From NCBI RefSeq assembly GCF_964355755.1, contig NC_092673.1, positions 13,860,948-13,924,947 of the forward strand: DNA of 64,000 nucleotides, given 5' to 3'. Source of the DNA: Antedon mediterranea. Its lineage: Eukaryota > Animalia > Echinodermata. The notes beneath the pieces are model-generated. The model made no database searches. It was not told the DNA's origin and saw only the letters and a program-made list of their open reading frames with translations. Below, piece after piece: positions 50,760 through 64,000 of this stretch (within the stretch, counting starts at the first letter, position 1; every line of letters starts with the position of its first letter). The position numbers and the translations under genes are program-made.

Positions 50760-51565
50760 TCTCTATCTGCCGTTGCATATTTGACACTCCCATTCAACGG
50801 TATCTACTGTGATATGGAGGTACATGTATTATGATACCACCTCCCACACACATCACAACAGCTCTGTTGCCTGCCTTTGGGCAGTGCATGGCACAGCCTC
50901 ACATGCTCTTAGAGAACCTTTTTGGCCTCTCAGCAATAGTCTTCTCAGAACGAAAACATGCATGATTTTTGCATCATCCAGCAGAATTGGGTTCACGTCC
51001 ATTGTAATACTGAATGCATTCTGAAACATAAATAAAAATGAAAGCAAATTAAAACAAGGCTAATCTTATATTGTATAAAGTACAGTACAATACTGTCACC
51101 AAATTAATAATTATGCAATTGTGGTTTGTGTTTTCTTACAACATAATATACTAGGCAGATTATTTTGTGACCAATTTTGTAAAGGCTCATTTGAATTACT
51201 TGGTTCTTGTTGAAAATATTTATATTTGTAATGCAATACACCAACTCCCTAGCACAAAGTGCCAAAATGTTATTGCTAGTGTTTTTCCAGTTGAATTCTT
51301 GAAATAAATTTGATTAACATGACATCTTGTTTTTTTTACGAAGACAATAAAGTTTCTTGTATCTTTTGAATGTAATACTTCAATTCTAAAAATAGAAGTG
51401 AAATGCTTAAACTTATTTATGTAAAATATTTACCTGAAGTTTTCAAGGTGACGTTCGTTATTTAGATTCAAAGAATCTAAAATACACACACTAATTGATG
51501 GGATGTGTGCTACAAGAAGAATCCAGTGAGTTGTGACATGTATTGGTGCAAACAACCACTTGAAT
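50760..51565 (-). pseudogene. Spliced Ulp1 (C48) protease plus PHD finger relic, transposon-derived (Ginger1- or Zisupton-like)
   Basis: Exon at about 51560-51434: KWLFAPIHVTTHWILLV..CILDSL. Exon from about 51020: ..RACEAVPC..CDVCGRWYHNTC..EWECQIC, with frameshifts. Confidence 0.65.
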
Positions 51566-51819
51566 TTTGATAGCACAATAACAAATGGAAAAAAAACACA
51601 GAAATATAGTTGACAGTTTCACAAAAAATGAGCATGGCAGAATATTATATTATATTAAATGTAATTAGGTGATCATTTAGAATAAAATGATTTACTGAAA
51701 CCAAATTTATATAAAACCCAGTGCTAATTAATTACTATGTAAATGTAATTTATTATACTATTTGTTTCCTAAACATTATCATTGTGTTTAACCGTAACCA
51801 AATTGGTAATAGTAAAACA

Positions 51820-51965
51820 CAATTCAATTCAATTCAATAGACATTTATTAACAAAATCTGAATACATACAGTAGGAAAACAAGAAACAGGATTTTACAGA
51901 ATTATAAAGTATATCAGAAAATGAAGGCAAAAGCCCAGAAAGATGTTTATGCAAGCCTGTCTTCT
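51820..51965 (-). mobile_element. LINE 3' end with (TTGAA)n tail
   Basis: Minus strand AATAAATGTCTATTGAATTGAATTGAATTG. Confidence 0.45.
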
Positions 51966-51967
51966 TG

Positions 51968-54900
51968 ATCAATTTTTCAAATCCGTTTTGTGTTATTTAG
52001 ATGACATACTGATTTATTCTAGTAGTTTTGAGGATCATCTAGAACACATTGATGTTTTTTTCAATCGACTATGAGAATTTGGACTGAAGATAAAACCAAG
52101 TAAATGTGACTTATTTTGTCCAAAAGTTAAATATCTAGGACATATTGCAACCAGAGATGGAGTTGCAGCAGATCCAGAAAAGCTGACTGCAGTAAAAGAT
52201 TGGCCTGTACCTTCCACTGTTAAAGAGTTGCGTTCATTTTTAGGTTTTTGTTCGTTTTACCGACGATTTGTACCTGGTTTCTCGCAGATAGCTGGACCTC
52301 TACACAACCTAGTTGCAGAGTCTTTGAAAGAGATTAAAGAGAAGAAATTTGTTAATTTTAAATGGAGGCCCAAACACCAAAGTGCATTTGAGGTATTGAA
52401 GACCAAGCTCTGTTCAGAACCAGTACTTGCTTATGCAGATTTTACCTTGCCTTTCGAAGTAGAAATAGATGCATCATTTATTGGGTTGGGAGCGGTGTTG
52501 TCACAAGTACAGGATGGGAAAAGACGTGTAATCGCATATGCCAGCCGAACGTTACGAGGTGCAGAACGAAATATGAAAAAGTATTCTAGTATGAAGCTGG
52601 AGATGCTGGGAATGAAGTGGGCAATTTCAGACAAGTTTCGTGATTATCTTTTAGGAAACAAATTTATTGTGTTTACAGACAATAATCCGTTGGCTCACCT
52701 TAACTCTGCCAAGTTAGATGCAGTTAGTCAGCGATGGATTAGCGAGTTGTCATCTTTTAATTTTGAAGTTCATTACAAGCCTGGGAAGAACAATAAAGCA
52801 GCAGACGCTCTATCTCAAAGAGCTCACAGAGAAGACCCTGTTATAACTTCCGAAGACTTCCGACAGACAGCTGGAATGACCAGTCTCCCTGAAAGTTTAG
52901 CTAATCACAATTTCAGTCATATAAACATCCAAACACATGTAAAAGCACTCAAGGCGGTACCCGTATTTCCTGGCTACGACTACCAACAGCTGGCTGAATT
53001 TCAACGGAAAGATTCATCCATTGCAAGACTTTGCCACTACATTAGTCTAAACCGTAAACCAAACCCTGACGAGAGAAGCAATGAAACCGAGGAAGTTCGA
53101 CTACTTCTACGGGAGTTAGATCAAGTCAGAGATGATCTACTTTACCGAGTGAGCGCTGATGGCGACCAGTGGCAATTCATTCTACCCGACGTATTAAGAG
53201 AAGATGTCATGAAAGCCTGTCATGATCAAACAGGTCACCAAGGAGCAAACCGAACTTTGGGTTTAATACGCAAACGTTGTTTCTGGCCGAAGATGTATGA
53301 GAACATAACTTCATGGTGTGAACAGTGTGACCGATGTTTAAAGGCTAAAGTTGGTCCTAAAGTCCGGGAACCATTAAGAAGTATCGTCGCTTCAAAACCA
53401 AGTTGTTGCTGTTGACTTTACTTGAGAAGGACTCTACCGGAAAAGAAAACGTGCTCGTGATCACTGATGTCTTCTCCAAGTACACATTAGCTGTAAAGAT
53501 ACAGCAAAGATACTGGTAAGGGAATGGTTCACCAAGTTTGGTATTCCTCAAAGACTCCACTCCGACCAGGGACGGAATTTTGAATCTTCACTTATTCGTT
53601 CACTTTGTACAATGTATGGAGTAACCAAGACAAGAACAACACCGTACCATCATGAGGGAAACGGACAAGTAGAACGATTCAACAGAACTCTGCATGATCT
53701 ATTGAAATCACTACCAAGTAATCAGAAACGAAGATGGTCCGAACATTTGCCTGAAGTACTTTATGCCTACAATGTAGCTGAACATTCATCAACTGGCTTT
53801 TCTCCATTCGTCTTGATGTTTGGAAGACAACCTAAACTACCTATCGTAGCGTAGCGGTAACTAAAGAGATAAATGATTGGTTAGCCTCGAGTATGGAAAC
53901 CATGAAGATGACGTATGAGAAAGCAGGGGAGCGTCTCAAACAGGAAGCAGAGAACCGGAAGAAGATCTACGACCAGAAAGCTAAAGAGAAATCGTTGGCA
54001 ATGGGTACAAAAGTCTTTACCAAGTCGCATCCACTAGGGAGACACAAGATTGCTGATGAATGGGACCCAGCAATATTTGAAATTATATCCAGACCTGGAG
54101 GTAACACTTCTTACACCGTTAAACGTGTAGATGGTACTGGTGGAAAGAGAACTGTTCATCGTCGAGAAATAAAACCATGTCCTTTGGTGTACCTACAACC
54201 AGAGCAAGAAAATCAACAACCAATGTCCTATGTGTTCGATGACTCGCAGTCCGATTCTGATGGCGTTAGTTCAGACGATACACCTCGACGCAGCATCCGA
54301 CTAAGGAGGAAGCTTAATCAAAGATGTCAATCAGTACATGGATCCGATGATATGCACCACCAACATCTAGTTAATATTAATGATATTTTGATAAGTGTGC
54401 GGACCAAATGTAAAATGTTTCTGCACATTTAGTTTAATCTTACATATTTTATTTCATAATATTAAGTTTGAGGACAAACTCAGCTTAAACAGGGGAGTGT
54501 GGGGATTTATCTAATCATGTGATAATTAAATACTTCCCTCTATAGGTGTTAATGCCCCCTGTAACAGTCTTTTTCAAATTATTTGCTTTCTTTTGTATTC
54601 ATGAACCGGTCAAGGAAGCAGATAGTTTTGTCTCTTATGTAATTAAAGATCTGATTAAAAGGTAATTACTCTAGACCTTTTGTTTTGGGTTTAACCTTGA
54701 CTCATGGAATGTGCAGTTAGGAAGCCTATTGAATAGTATTGTGTTATAATCTTGGAACTAGGATGGTTATGCCACATAATGTTATAATATACTTTTGTGA
54801 TAAACCTTCTTTGTATTAACAAATTATGTTTATATAGATTTAGTTAGAAGAGAGTTTCTAGTTAACAGTTTGTATAACAGTTCACACTTGATTAATTTGT

Positions 54901-55281
54901 ACACACGAGGCTACCATGCGATACCGTGATAGATCGTCATGTAGTGCGCCCTCTATTTATCATACAAAATGGCTGCGCCCATGGACTTGTTATTGTTTAT
55001 ATATTTTACGCAAACCTAAGATTATAACTCCTTGATTCAATGAATAGACTAAGTTTAGTATTCAAATAGTGTGAGTAAATTCCAACATGCATTTATTCTA
55101 GTAATATTCAGGCACTTATGATGTAATTGTGTAGGTAATTAATTAGGTATTTGTATACAGAGGCTGTTTAGGTAGACGTGCCGTTTGATGTAATATTCGT
55201 AGTCCTCAGAGAGAAACCTTTTTATTAGAGTCGCCTGTTAAGTTGAGGTCGTTACTAAGAATTAGCTTGTATTTCCCCATA
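51968..55281 (+). mobile_element. Ty3/Gypsy LTR retrotransposon 2, 5'-truncated: RT end, RNase H, integrase, PPT, 3' LTR
   Basis: YLDDILIYS at 51994; SFLGFCSFYRRF; EIDASFIGLGAVL; FTDNNPL; ADALS; CHDQTGHQG..WP..CDRC; HSDQGRNFES; GQVERFNRT; PPT AAACAGGGGAG; LTR TGTGGGG...CCCCATA at 54498-55281. Confidence 0.92.
54498..55281 (+). repeat. 3' LTR of Gypsy 2 (about 784 bp)
   Basis: Starts TG immediately after the PPT; inverted end TTCCCCATA (CA changed to TA). Confidence 0.65.
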
Positions 55282-55284
55282 ACT

Positions 55285-55860
55285 TTACGCTTTTAGCCAA
55301 ATGAGTAAGGGTATGGACATTGTACTTCATTGACTGTGGCCCATATAGAACCTGCATTTGGACAACAAATTCCCTCGGCAGCTCTGTTAACATCTGCAGG
55401 ACTCACCGATTTCTGCAATAAAATAAACATACCTTCTACCGGGGCACTAAGATGCGACAGGTAAGCATCTGGTAGTAGACAGAGAAAAAAAACAGCAATC
55501 AATTATGCCATTCTGATGCTTTCCACCTTTTCCTTTCATCAATGATTCGTATCATTTGGTGTGCACCTACATTCTCCAGCCAATTTTTCACTAGTAGTTT
55601 GCTTACCCCCAAAGCTACTGCATGCATGTAATCAGGAACAAATCCCAAACAATTTCAAACTTCGGCAAGTTGATTAGGTGCCTTTACACCATGAATATTT
55701 CTGTTTTCTCCAAATGCCGGTCAGTGGATAACAGAACTTGCAACCATAATAGCCATTGAATTGTACTGTGTTTGCTGTCTACAAACAGTTTCAGGAACAG
55801 CGACATCTTTAGTTCAGATGTCCCAAACCAAACTCCAGCCAATATCAAGCTGCATCGTCC
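55285..55860 (-). pseudogene. CACTA/EnSpm transposase relic
   Basis: LILAGVWFG; NTVQFNGYYGCKFC; FVPDYMHAVALGV; WKASEW; EGMFILLQKSVS. Confidence 0.8.
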
Positions 55861-56439
55861 CAAATTGTTGTTTTTGGTTACTCAAAATATTATTCTAATA
55901 ATAGTCAAGTTAGAGTTTGTTCGTTGATTTTTGAAATGTTAATTGTTTTTTTGACATAGGCTAGCCTGGCCTCTATGGCCTAGTAAATGTATGCGAACCT
56001 AGCCATTTTTCATGCTCATTATTGGCATTCTGCAACTGTTGTTCGACTAAATGCATATTGACTATATGCTCATCTCTCATCATTTCATCATTTTTTTACA
56101 ATTTCTTTTTGCAGGTTCCGTCAACTTATTCAATGAGGTTTATGGTACTGCAACTGGCTAGGCTAGTAATATCTTCATCAATAGACCAATTCAATTTTCT
56201 GTGGACCTATATCAACGGGAATTATCACTGTTGTACCTATATAAACAATGAAAATAATGTTAATAATCTATTAACAATGTTCGTGAGATTGCTCTTAAAG
56301 AATAAAGGTCAACTGGAATTATCACTGCTGGGGATCGCTGTGGTTGGACATAGTGTATTCATCCTTCTTTGTTTTAGGTTGGTCCTAGGTAAGCACATAA
56401 CTTATAACATACCATTGTTGTCTAAAATGTTCCCCAATT

Positions 56440-56741
56440 AATGAAATTCCGAGGAATAATCTCAGCAATTTTGACAGCCTCCTCCGAAGGCACTGCAACA
56501 TCTTTTGTAGCTTTCGCCTTTATATTAGCCTATCATTTTCACAGATGGGCTGCCAACCGATGCTTTGATAATCCTGCAACTGTGTCGTTGAATTCTTGTT
56601 CTCCATCCTTCGTTCCTTTTTTATATCATTCAGAAATTGTTTTCTTTGCTTTCTAATGTAGTTGAAAAATACAACGATACCCTTGTATTTTTCAACAAGG
56701 ACCACTTGTGTACATCGTTCAAATTTTGACATTTTCGGCAT
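56440..56741 (-). pseudogene. Myb/SANT-like (Harbinger partner) relic
   Basis: MPKMSKF..VLVEKYK..KKER..VAGLSKHR..ANIKAKATKD across frameshifts. Confidence 0.5.
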
Positions 56742-59063
56742 TTCAATTACCTCACGGTGTAACATTAAAAAAAGGTAACCTAGGCCTATTGTGGCGAATG
56801 TTTTTTTTGTATTTTGCGCTTCAGTAAATCCAGGGGCATATCAAGGGTCGCCGCCCTTTGTATCATTGTCTGATTGGTTATTTATTAGACATACAGTATT
56901 GCACCAGCCGCTGTAACCTCGACTAGAAACTAGACATTAAGTTGAACTGCAAACTTTGACTACTTCGTTTATGAATTGAATTTGGAGTAATAGCAGAATT
57001 ATCGAATAATCTGTTTTTACCGTACAAGGTGACTTACTGAATCTCACCCTTTTGAAAGAGTATATGTAAATGCTTGTATGTTAATTTCCTTATTTAGAAC
57101 AATTCAATCATACAATTTCCTTTTTTTCTTGCAATACACAAAATGAACTAGTACATTTGGGCTTTGTCAATAGCATTGTGTGAAGAACTTGATTGACTCT
57201 TTCTAGTTTTTTGGACAGACAGAATATCAATATCGTCGTCGTCGTTTTTACTCAAATGCCTTACTCTGGCCTGTCTGCATAATTGAGAACAGTCCCAGCA
57301 TCTGATTTGACAAGCAATAGTTTTTTACCCTTTCTAATTTTTCCGTCAGCTCACATACGAACTCGTTGGGCGGTTAACTGCCTTGGCCTGTCTGTCTGGC
57401 CTGTCTGTCTAGCCTTTGAAATTCATGTTCTGGAATGCCTTTTGTACCTCCCCAGGTCCCGGGGCCATGTTGAAGCCTTCACGTGGCGGCCCTGTTGACG
57501 TCACATATTGCATATGTGGCTAACTAATTCAACGTCATATAGTTTTTCACACAGGTTTTATAAAATAATAAAAATATTCAAATACAAAGGAGATATTGTG
57601 TAAATATGCATAACTACCAATCTCCTTGGTCAAATATGGAGAGGACTTTATGGTAATAGTGGTATTTTTTTTTCCATTTTTTTTTTAGTGGAATACTTCG
57701 ATAGATTTAGACTTACACAGACACAAAGAAAAAATAGACAATCATTTGTTTTACTGTCAATTTGTGTAATTTTCATTTATTTAGTTCAAGAAAGAAATAA
57801 TGTATTTGGAAAGCACACTTCAAGACCTTTCATTTGGTATCAAACATTATTCAATTACTGTAAATAGAAAAAAGTGTTTTCATTTTGAATACTTGTGTTC
57901 TCTATACTGCTTATAAACATAAATATGTAATATTTATATTCAAACAATATTTAGATTGAAAAAAAAAATTATATATTGGAAAAAAAAAAAATTATATATT
58001 GGAAAAAAAAAAAATTACATTTGTATGCGGTGATGCACAGGGCTCAGTGTAGTTTAGTAAGTCTGGATAACAAGCATCGCATAAAAGTGGGCAACCAGGT
58101 TTCCCAGTCGCTGCTGCTAAAAGGGGCAAACAAGTGAAGTGAAGTGGTACCAAGTGTGATTTTCTAGGTAAATTTGTCTCAACATAACCAAATTAATTTG
58201 TTGTCAAAAATTCCATGTAGACGATAACTGTACAGTATATATGTTTTTTGAATCGGTTGCTTTGTGCAATTGTTTCCAGATTGAAATCCCAGAAACAATG
58301 GAGGAGAACTTCTACACCGGCCAGGTAAATATTGGGTTCCATGCGTTGGGTACAGACGCCACCCCCCCCCCTCCCCAAGTCCCAAAAGGTCCACTATTTC
58401 ATCGGTTGGTATTTTTTCTTGTCTTGTTTAACTAAAGACAATATTATATATATACAAAATTTACATTATCAATGGTATACAAACAAAAATATGTTAATAT
58501 AAAATGAAAAAATACCGGTAATTAAATTACGGAATCTGAACTGACTACAAATTCGATGTGAAACATGCGCAGTCGATCATGTGACGACAAGCAATAGCTT
58601 TGCGCTTCATGTACGTGGTACACAGTAAAGTGTTTGCTGGAAATACAGACAACCGGCGGTAAAGACACGTCTGGAAATACAGACCCTATCGAATACGGTG
58701 CCTAAACATGGGAAGGAAGGAGCAGGAAGCTAGAAAGCAGAAAGCTGCTGGAAAATCATGCTAAAAGTTGGATGGCTGGATAAAAAAATCGTGTGAAAAA
58801 GATAAAGAACAAGACCAAGAGGCTAAAGATCTAGGCCTAGGGCCTGTCCTAGAACAGCCAGATTTACGTAAACTCATGGTGAACGGACGTGTCTAAAACT
58901 TCGCTCCCGGTTTTCATTGAACTCAATTATTTCACCATTGTTGTGGCTGATTCAACCAGCTATCATTTTGACTCGGACACTACTAGTCTTACGGTAATTA
59001 GTTCATCTACCTTGCCATATTGCTACTGATATTCCGCTTTTTCTACTGTCGTTCATCAATTCA

Positions 59064-59712
59064 ATGGCTAGTTCCAGTACTAGATCAACACGGAAGAATG
59101 GTAAAGGCGGCAGTGCACCTGGTGACGAAAATGCTACCGCTGTAGTCAGCTCGGATCAACCTAAAAAAAATCAACACAATGGTGACTCAGCGCATGATTT
59201 AGCAGGTGTGAAAAAACTGATCGACTCGGAACTACGAAGATGCGTCAGATACCGCTTCGGCTATTGTTAAAACAAAATTAAAGAACAATAGATCGGTAAG
59301 ATTACAGACCTTATTAGAGATTCTGTTCAATTTGATATTGCCAACGCTAACGATAAAATAGGCCTTCCAATAATGAAAATACTGATAATGAAGCGTGTAG
59401 TGTATTTAAAGACAACCTTAATGTATCAGTTGACTCTGCCGACATAGACAGGTCTCATAGACTGGGGCCTAAAAGAGAACCAGACCCCAAGAAGAAGAAA
59501 AATAGTAGGCCTATTATAATTAAATTCTCCAATTACAATAAGCGAAACGAGGTTTTTAAGGCCAAAAAAGGTTTTAAAAACTCGCCATACTTTGTACATG
59601 AGAATTTAACCATGAAACGCTCGCAGCTGTTGCGTGAGGTGAAAACCAAATATGCAGACGCTATCAAGTCCACCTGGACACAAGATGGAAAAATACACAT
59701 ACTTACGCACAC
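59064..59712 (+). pseudogene. LINE ORF1 (CR1/L2-type RRM-CTD) relic, cut by Gypsy 3
   Basis: MASSSTRSTRK..; NENTD..DIDRSHRLG..RPIIIKFSNYNKRNEVFKAKK..VHENLT..TWTQDGKIHI. Confidence 0.85.
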
Positions 59713-59715
59713 TAT

Positions 59716-59909
59716 TGTTATATGATGGCACCATATATTATGATGTCGCCCTCTATAGTATGTAGGATACCCATAAGGGAACAGACCTCTAAAACATGGC
59801 TTCAGTATAGAAGACCTCACGAATGATTGTGATAACAATGATGTCGAGTAACTAAAGAATAAAAGCATTGTGTTACTAGAAACGTCATCATGTATTAAAG
59901 AATATTACA
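59716..59909 (+). repeat. 5' LTR of Gypsy 3 (194 bp)
   Basis: TG...CA ends, internal AATAAA, immediately followed by a TGG PBS. Confidence 0.85.
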
Positions 59910-60297
59910 TGGTGGCAACGGTAGGATTGAAATATATAATAAAGTCAATTGATAAGCTATACTAGGCTAGAAGAATAAATAGGCTAGCGTACACGCCGCC
60001 GCACGAATAGATTAGTAAAACGTGTTGTTGAGAGTACACACGTGCGGAGAGAACTGAATTGGATTTTGTATTCGGATAGCAGAAGGCAAAAAATAGCCCA
60101 TACACATTTTGTTACCAAAACCTAAATCAGCCAGAACCATTAAATATATCGACAGGCAACATATCAGAGAATTGGAAGAGATTCAAACAGAGATTTGAAC
60201 TATGTAACATTGCCAGTGGAATGTCACGAAAACCAAGTGAAACGCAAACGTCATTACTACTCCATACTATTGGGCAACAAGGCTTAGATGTATATAA

Positions 60298-61575
60298 GGC
60301 CAAATAAAAAAAAAAACTTGTTAAGCGTCACACCCTCATAAATTTTCAGGGGCGGGGGGACGGTTTTTTTTTTGTTTTTTTTACTTTTTATGGAGGTATA
60401 TTTTTGAGCGATGGACATTTTGGCCCACTTTTTTTTAGGACGAAACGTCAAACTTTTTAAATGCGAAACAGAACAAAATTGACTATAGTATGAAATATTA
60501 TTGTCAATGACAAAATTGAGTTTTGTATTGTTTATATCCAGACGTAATTAAAACATTAAATTTAATTGCCACCGAGCGAAATTGTAGGCCCTAGGCTAAT
60601 CCGTCCAAGCTGCCACCCCCGCCTCGCTCATCGGCCATGGTCCGCCGTCTCTTGCTCGACTCATCTATCCAGGAAATTCCCTATATCGCGAGAAGCATGA
60701 TGTTGGTCTCAATATACTAAATAGTGGGCTGATTTTGAAAACAGCTTACGGCATTTCTTAAGTGAATTTTTATTCAACGTATTCATTCTTCTTTGATGAA
60801 TCCCTTGCCAATTGCTGTGTAAATCAGTATTTAAAGTTGTTATGCGAAAAGTGTGTGTAATTATTCCACAGGTAAACCATGGCCATGCATATGAAAACCA
60901 ATCGCCCAACAGGACCTCGTGGTGTGCCGATCTCGAGCATCGTAAACAAAATTGGTAGAGTCCATTAAGTATGGGGTGTTTCCTATTTACGAACCTATAA
61001 AAAACGCGCTTCGACCACTGTGTAGGCAAAGTATTTATTTCGTTAAATCCCTAAATTGATAATCGTGTATTCTGTAATCACGTGACTGATGATGTAATCC
61101 TCAGCGACGTACTAAATGCACGTGATTTAATGTGTTGGGGAAAAAGCTTGCTGTTTACCACATTACATGATTCGCGGTGCTATTCGCGTTTCCTTGACGT
61201 AAATCGGCGGCGTGTAAATGAAACAATTGTTTTCACCAAATTGTCGTTGTCGACATAGAGCGATCGGTGGCTAGCTAGCGTGGCTAAGCCATGGAGTTAC
61301 CTCCATGGCTAAGCTAAAGAAGTACGTATTTTTTAAAAATGACACCAGCCTAGCAAACATTTGCTAGTTTTGAAATTTTCAACTAGCAATTATGAAGAAT
61401 CTACTAGCAAAATGATAGTTTGCTAGCGTGAATTTTGAGCCCTGCTCTGGAGCTGGGCCGGGCCGCTGAACTTTCCGTTGTATATAGGAAAAAAAAATAA
61501 ATAAATAAAAAGAGAGGCGGCTGGATAATCAGGAGCGGGCGGTGACGCTTAACAAGTATGTTTTTTTATTTGGCC
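60298..61575. mobile_element. Non-autonomous Zator-type (or Harbinger) element inserted in Gypsy 3 gag
   Basis: TIR GGCCAAATAAAAAAAA..ACTTGTTAAGCGTCAC; TAA TSD (60295-60297, 61576-61578); excision restores GLDVYNAFKF. Confidence 0.88.
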
Positions 61576-61609
61576 TAACGCATTTAAATTTGAAAATGAA
61601 GCTGAGAAG

Positions 61610-64000
61610 ATGAGATTAAACACAGTTATGCACAAATTTGAGGAATATTGTAACCCCAAGAAAAACATTACATTTGAACGACACACTTTCTTTCTTAATA
61701 TATTACCACTGAGAATGTATAGAGCTATGTTTCCTAAAAACATGAGCAATAATGTACCTAATGATAGATATGTTAACAAATCTAATGTAAAAGTCACAGC
61801 GTATAACGGAGCACAAATCAAACATTATGGTTACATACACATCCCATGTTACTTCAATAACTTACACACAAATGCAAAGTTTTATATTGCAGAGGTACAG
61901 GGACCAGCTATAATGGGACTACCGACGCTAAAGACTCTGAAGATAATACAGATAAACTATGCAGTCAAAGTAAATGACAAAATCAAGGATGTAGAGGACA
62001 TAAAAAGACTCTATCCAGACAGATTTGAAGGCATTGGCAAGTTTGAGGGTACGTACAAAATAGTTATAGACGAAACGGTACCACCTGTCATACACGCACC
62101 AAGGTCATGTCCATTAGCGATAAAAAATGACATAAAGGCTGAATTGGATGAAATGATGAGATTAAATGTCATACAGAAAGTAGAGAAACCAGTGGATTGG
62201 GTTTCAAGTTTGGCCTACTCACAGAAACCAAATGGGAGATGGCGGATATGTTTAGATCCTAAGGACTTAAATAAAGCTATAAAACGCACATACCATCACA
62301 CACCAACCCTAGATGAGATAACACATAAATTTAGTGGGGCAAAGTTTTTCTCTAAACTAGATGCACGACATGGATATTGGTCCATAAGACTTGACAAAGA
62401 ATCCAGTTATCTTACCACATTTAACACTCCAGGGTTTGGAAGATTCAGATTCCTAAGATTACCATTTGGACTGAATGTCAGCCAAGACGTTTTTCAACAT
62501 AAGATGGATCAAATATTGGAGAAATGCATCGGAGCCACAGGCATCGCAGATGACGTTGCTGTATTTGGGAAAACAGAAGAAGAACATGATCGAAACTTAA
62601 TGGACCTGATGGAAACCGCTAGAGAATATGGGCTTGTATTCAATGCAGAGAAATGTGAAATAAAGCGACCGCAAATAAATTTCTTTGTTAAAGAGTTACA
62701 AAGTTTCCTAGGCATCGCCACGTATACGAGTCCCTTCTGTCCCAAGCTGTCAGACAAAACAGCACCCCTCCGAGAACTTCTGAAAAAAGATAATGTATTT
62801 GAATGGAATGGCTCACAACAAAAAGCATTCGAAGAGATAAAGTCAACAATATGTAACCAGACAACACTGACCTATTTCCAACCTAACAAAAAGTTGAAAC
62901 TACAAGTGGATGCATCCCTGATTGGAGTGGGAGCAGCACTCATACAAGACGAAAAAGTTGTTGCGTTTACATCAAAGGCATTAACAGAAGCGGAACAAAG
63001 ATATGCGAACATTGAAAGAGAACTACTGGCGGTAGTGTACGCAGTAGAGAAGTTCCACACATATGTGTATGGAAACTCATTCATTGTGGAATTGGACCAC
63101 AAACCGTTAGAGATGATCCAACTAAAAAATCTAATGAGTGTACCACAAAGACTACAAAGACTACTAATGAGACTACAAGGATATGATCTGACAATCAAGT
63201 ATAAACCAGGCAAAGAAATGGTCCTGCCAGATGCCATGTCTAGATTAAACCCTATAAATGACAGCCAAATTGAAGAAGAAGTAAAGATACAACTGTCATA
63301 TTTCTCAGAGTCCAAAGAAGAAGAAATAAGGCAGAAGACCAAGGAAGACCCAACTCTCATAAAATTGGGAAGTATAATACAGCAAGGCTGGCCAGACAAA
63401 CTAAAATCTGTACATAAGACAATAAGACCATACTTCCCATACAGGGATGAACTCACACAACAGAGAACGGAATAATACTAAAGGGTAACAGAGTAGTGAT
63501 CCCAGATGTCATGAGACAGGACATCCTAAAACAACTACACACATCCCACTTAGGCATAACCAAGTGTCAACTGATGGCTAAAACATCAATCCATTGGCCC
63601 AGTATTAATGAGGAAATAGAAAACATGATAAAAGCATGCCCATCATGCCAACAACACAAACACAAACAACAACATGAAGAGAAAAATCCCTACCAAAGAA
63701 TGGGAAATACTCGCAGCTGACCTATTCTACATAAATAGAGTAGAATACCTCCTAATAGCAGATTATTACACCAAATATCCAATCATAAGAAAAATACCGG
63801 CAGACCAATCAAACAGTGAAACAGTTATATCGATAATAAAAAATGTCTTCTCAGAGTTTGGGATGGTTCAAGAATTGATTACCGACAACGGACCACACTT
63901 CAACAGTGAACAATTCAAACAGTTTAGGAAAGATTGGAAATTCATACACACAACCACAAGTCCTCACCACCATGAAGGAAATGGATTCATCGAACGAATG
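61610..64000 (+). pseudogene. Gypsy 3 gag-pol relic (internally deleted gag/protease, RT, RNase H, integrase)
   Basis: WVSSL..RICLDPKDLN; FSKLDARHGYW; RLPFGL; IADD; LQVDAS; IERELLAVV; DHKPL; LH.SHLG..WP..CPSC; TDNGPHF; frameshifts near 63475 and 63700. Confidence 0.92.

Larger units (their letters stand above)
59716..64000 (+). mobile_element. Ty3/Gypsy (Mag-like) LTR retrotransposon 3, runs off the window
   Basis: 5' LTR TGTTA...TTACA at 59716-59909; PBS TGGTGGCAACGGTAGGATT (tRNA-Leu-like) at 59910-59928; gag (ENWKRFKQRF..) from about 60115; pol from 61610 onward. Confidence 0.93.

Noticed and set aside
58708-58860. hAT transposase N-terminus (MGRKEQEARKQK..KLDGWIKK)
   Set aside because: Short, low complexity, contains a stop and no diagnostic domain.

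Overview
AT-rich eukaryotic DNA, most likely from a marine invertebrate (spliceosomal introns; abundant TAGGCCTA motifs, suggestive of an echinoderm, which is inference). No host housekeeping gene is recognisable. The window is a dense nest of transposable elements: three Ty3/Gypsy LTR retrotransposons, several LINE fragments (RTE-X-like, CR1-like, an ORF1), a Helitron PIF1 helicase, PIF/Harbinger (one apparently intact two-exon transposase and four Myb/SANT partner relics), Academ, Zator, CACTA/EnSpm, several MITEs with clean TIRs/TSDs, two satellites and a truncated tRNA-Val. The most notable item is a bounded Chapaev-type transposon (10879-17570, 4-bp TSD GTCG). Its 10-exon transposase relic carries a RAG1-like N-terminus (Chapa/CND zinc motif, RING, ZFA). 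Its ends start CACAG and are bipartite and asymmetric: a 13-bp terminal block and a 17-bp inner block separated by 12 versus 21 nt, reminiscent of 12/23 RSS logic. Also notable: a second decayed RAG/Transib-type DDE transposase next to an OTU domain, a Gypsy integrase with a C-terminal C2H2 finger, and a strong minus-strand bias of TE relics over about 12-44 kb that suggests a uni-strand piRNA cluster. Family assignments come from motif recognition by eye; no database searches were run.
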